From assembly GCA_048213135.1 (NCBI GenBank), contig PS015169.1, forward strand, positions 85,733 through 134,017: 48,285 nt of DNA. Direction: 5' to 3'. Positions 46,801 to 48,285 of this stretch are shown here, piece after piece (the stretch's first letter is position 1; every line of letters starts with the position of its first letter). The DNA is from Reclinomonas americana ATCC 50394 (lineage: Eukaryota). The notes beneath the pieces are model-generated. The model ran no database searches and had not been told where the DNA came from. It saw only the letters and a list, made by a program, of their open reading frames with translations. The translations under genes and the position numbers were made by a program.

Positions 46801-47326
46801 CTTTGGCAGACCAACGCCGCCAGGATGCAGCACGAATGCCGCGTGCTGGACTCGCAGCTACGCGAGGCCTCGGCTCACATTCGTCAGTTGGAGAGCGAGC
46901 GCACGGCGCGTGTGAACGAGGCAGAGAGACTGCATGTCGCGTGGAGCAAGGAGGTGATGCACGCGTAATGCTACGGATGGAGAGCGAGGGACTCATTGTG
47001 TGCGTGTCTGTGGGGCAGCGCGACGAGTTGTGGACGCAGATTTACGCGCTCAACGAGAAGAAGCACGTGTCAACTCGCAACACGGCAACGGATACTAATG
47101 GTGAGCAGGTGCAGGGAGGTAGTATTACTGTGTGTGCCTCTCATCGACGTTGTGCGCGTTCAGGTTTAATGATGGATGAGACACTACGATTGGTTCGTCG
47201 GGTTGTCGGAATGCTTGTCCTCTCTGCATGGCTCATTTTGAGTGCGTCGCGGTGCAGGAGGATCAATACCGTGTCCTGGTCGACGAGTGCAGCAACCTGC
47301 GACAAGATCTCGCGGTGATGGAGGCG
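41962..47326 (+). CDS. Long coiled-coil protein of unknown function (partial; 3' end not found)
   Basis: Phase-consistent GT-AG exon chain from 42652 to 47326 encoding E/Q/R/L-rich heptads (e.g. VRELETARRELQDTVNALRQQV; LAMELEQQLEDSERRR). Candidate first exon ATGTCGAGC|GTGCGT precedes a gap and needs a hidden exon to match phase. Confidence 0.7.
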
Positions 47327-47529
47327 GTTCGTGTGCAGAGTATTTGACAGCATGGCGTCTGTTGTCGTCTGTCTTCACAACTGCTGCACGAATCATACAT
47401 GTTGTGGTGACGAGCACTTTGTAGGTACTCTTAGCAGTCGCACTTGCACTCACAGTTCATTCTTTCCCACACACCTCCGCTCGTTCACAGTTACTTCCGC
47501 AAATGTGCAGTCTTTCTCACGCATGTATG

Positions 47530-47755
47530 AACTCTTCTTGTATATTCACCCACACAGACACTCAGTTATTCACTCAATCTCGCATATGCTTGCACTTCAG
47601 TTGTGCAGACACTCAGCTGTTCATCCGCTTTATTTCTCGCGAAACTCTTCTTGTATTCAAACACACAGACACTCAGTTATTCATCCACTCTCGCATATTC
47701 TTGCACTTCAGCTGTGCAGACACTCATCTGTTCATCCGCTTTAATTCTCGCCGCG
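47530..47755. repeat. Degenerate direct repeat of about 119 nt (about 60-nt subunits with CAGACACTCAG core), probably intronic; weaker copies continue to about 48160
   Basis: CACACAGACACTCAGTTATTCA...TCGCATA..CTTGCACTTCAG.TGTGCAGACACTCA.CTGTTCATCCGCTTTA occurs twice in tandem. Confidence 0.8.
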
Positions 47756-48285
47756 AAGCTGTTGACATTCATCTGTATCTCCGTCTCACTAGCCGATCAC
47801 TTGCTGTACTGTCAGCCACAGACACTTCACTCTCACACGCACGTGCACTCTTACAGAGCAGCTATGTAGGCACTCAGCTGTTCGTCCACTCGCACACGTC
47901 TCCATTCTTGCATATCCACCCACACAGACACCCAGCAATTCATATACTCTCACACGCGGGTCCATTCTTGTCGAGCAGCTAAGCAGACACGATTCTGTTC
48001 TCCGTCTCACTAGCCGATCGCGTGTGCAATGCCTGCCACAAACACTCAGCTGTTCATCCACTAACACACGCGTCTCTTCCTGCTTGTCCACCAAGAGTGA
48101 CACTCCACTTTCACACGCACTTCACCTCTTGTCGCGCCTATGGAGACAGTTAGCTGTTCATGCACTCGAGAACTTGCTCGTTCCCTGCGTGCTTTCCAAT
48201 ATGTGCACTCCCTTCTTTCGTGTTTCCCTCTGTTGTTATCGACACCGTTAGTTCTCTCTTTCTCTCTCGCTCTCTCTCTCTCTCT

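Noticed and set aside
244-47326. Alternative genetic code or non-canonical (non GT-AG) introns
   Set aside because: The in-frame stops I examined all fall in GT-AG introns, and TGA, TAG and TAA each terminate predicted genes.
1-48285. tRNA, rRNA, transposase, reverse transcriptase or viral hallmark genes
   Set aside because: None recognised by eye; N gaps totalling several kb could hide such elements.

Overview
Draft-assembly (N-gapped) nuclear DNA from an intron-rich, GC-rich eukaryote, probably a protist; I cannot name the organism. It uses the standard genetic code and GT-AG introns of two size classes: about 50-85 nt, and long introns filled with micro/minisatellites. Manual splicing gives these genes in order: a CH25H-like fatty-acid-hydroxylase-superfamily gene (+); a YnjF-like CDP-alcohol phosphotransferase (-); a large multi-PH-domain Pro-rich protein (+); SMC4 (-); a possible 44-aa membrane micropeptide (+); a gamma-synergin-like AP-1 accessory protein (-); a type-B carboxylesterase (+). 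Then comes a block at about 33.4-40.5 kb with a dynamin/Mx-family GTPase that appears to carry a signal peptide (+), an intronless ankyrin-repeat ORF (-) and two tandem membrane-anchored RING paralogues (+), and finally a long coiled-coil gene (+, partial). The most notable observations are the apparently secretory dynamin-like GTPase and its neighbourhood, a recurrent register-shifted 5' splice site (GTTGCG, 11 introns), an array of eight phase-0 mini-exons, and purine-rich/pyrimidine-rich polarity of long introns. All gene models are hand-built from splice signals, reading frame and remembered family motifs; no database searches were run.
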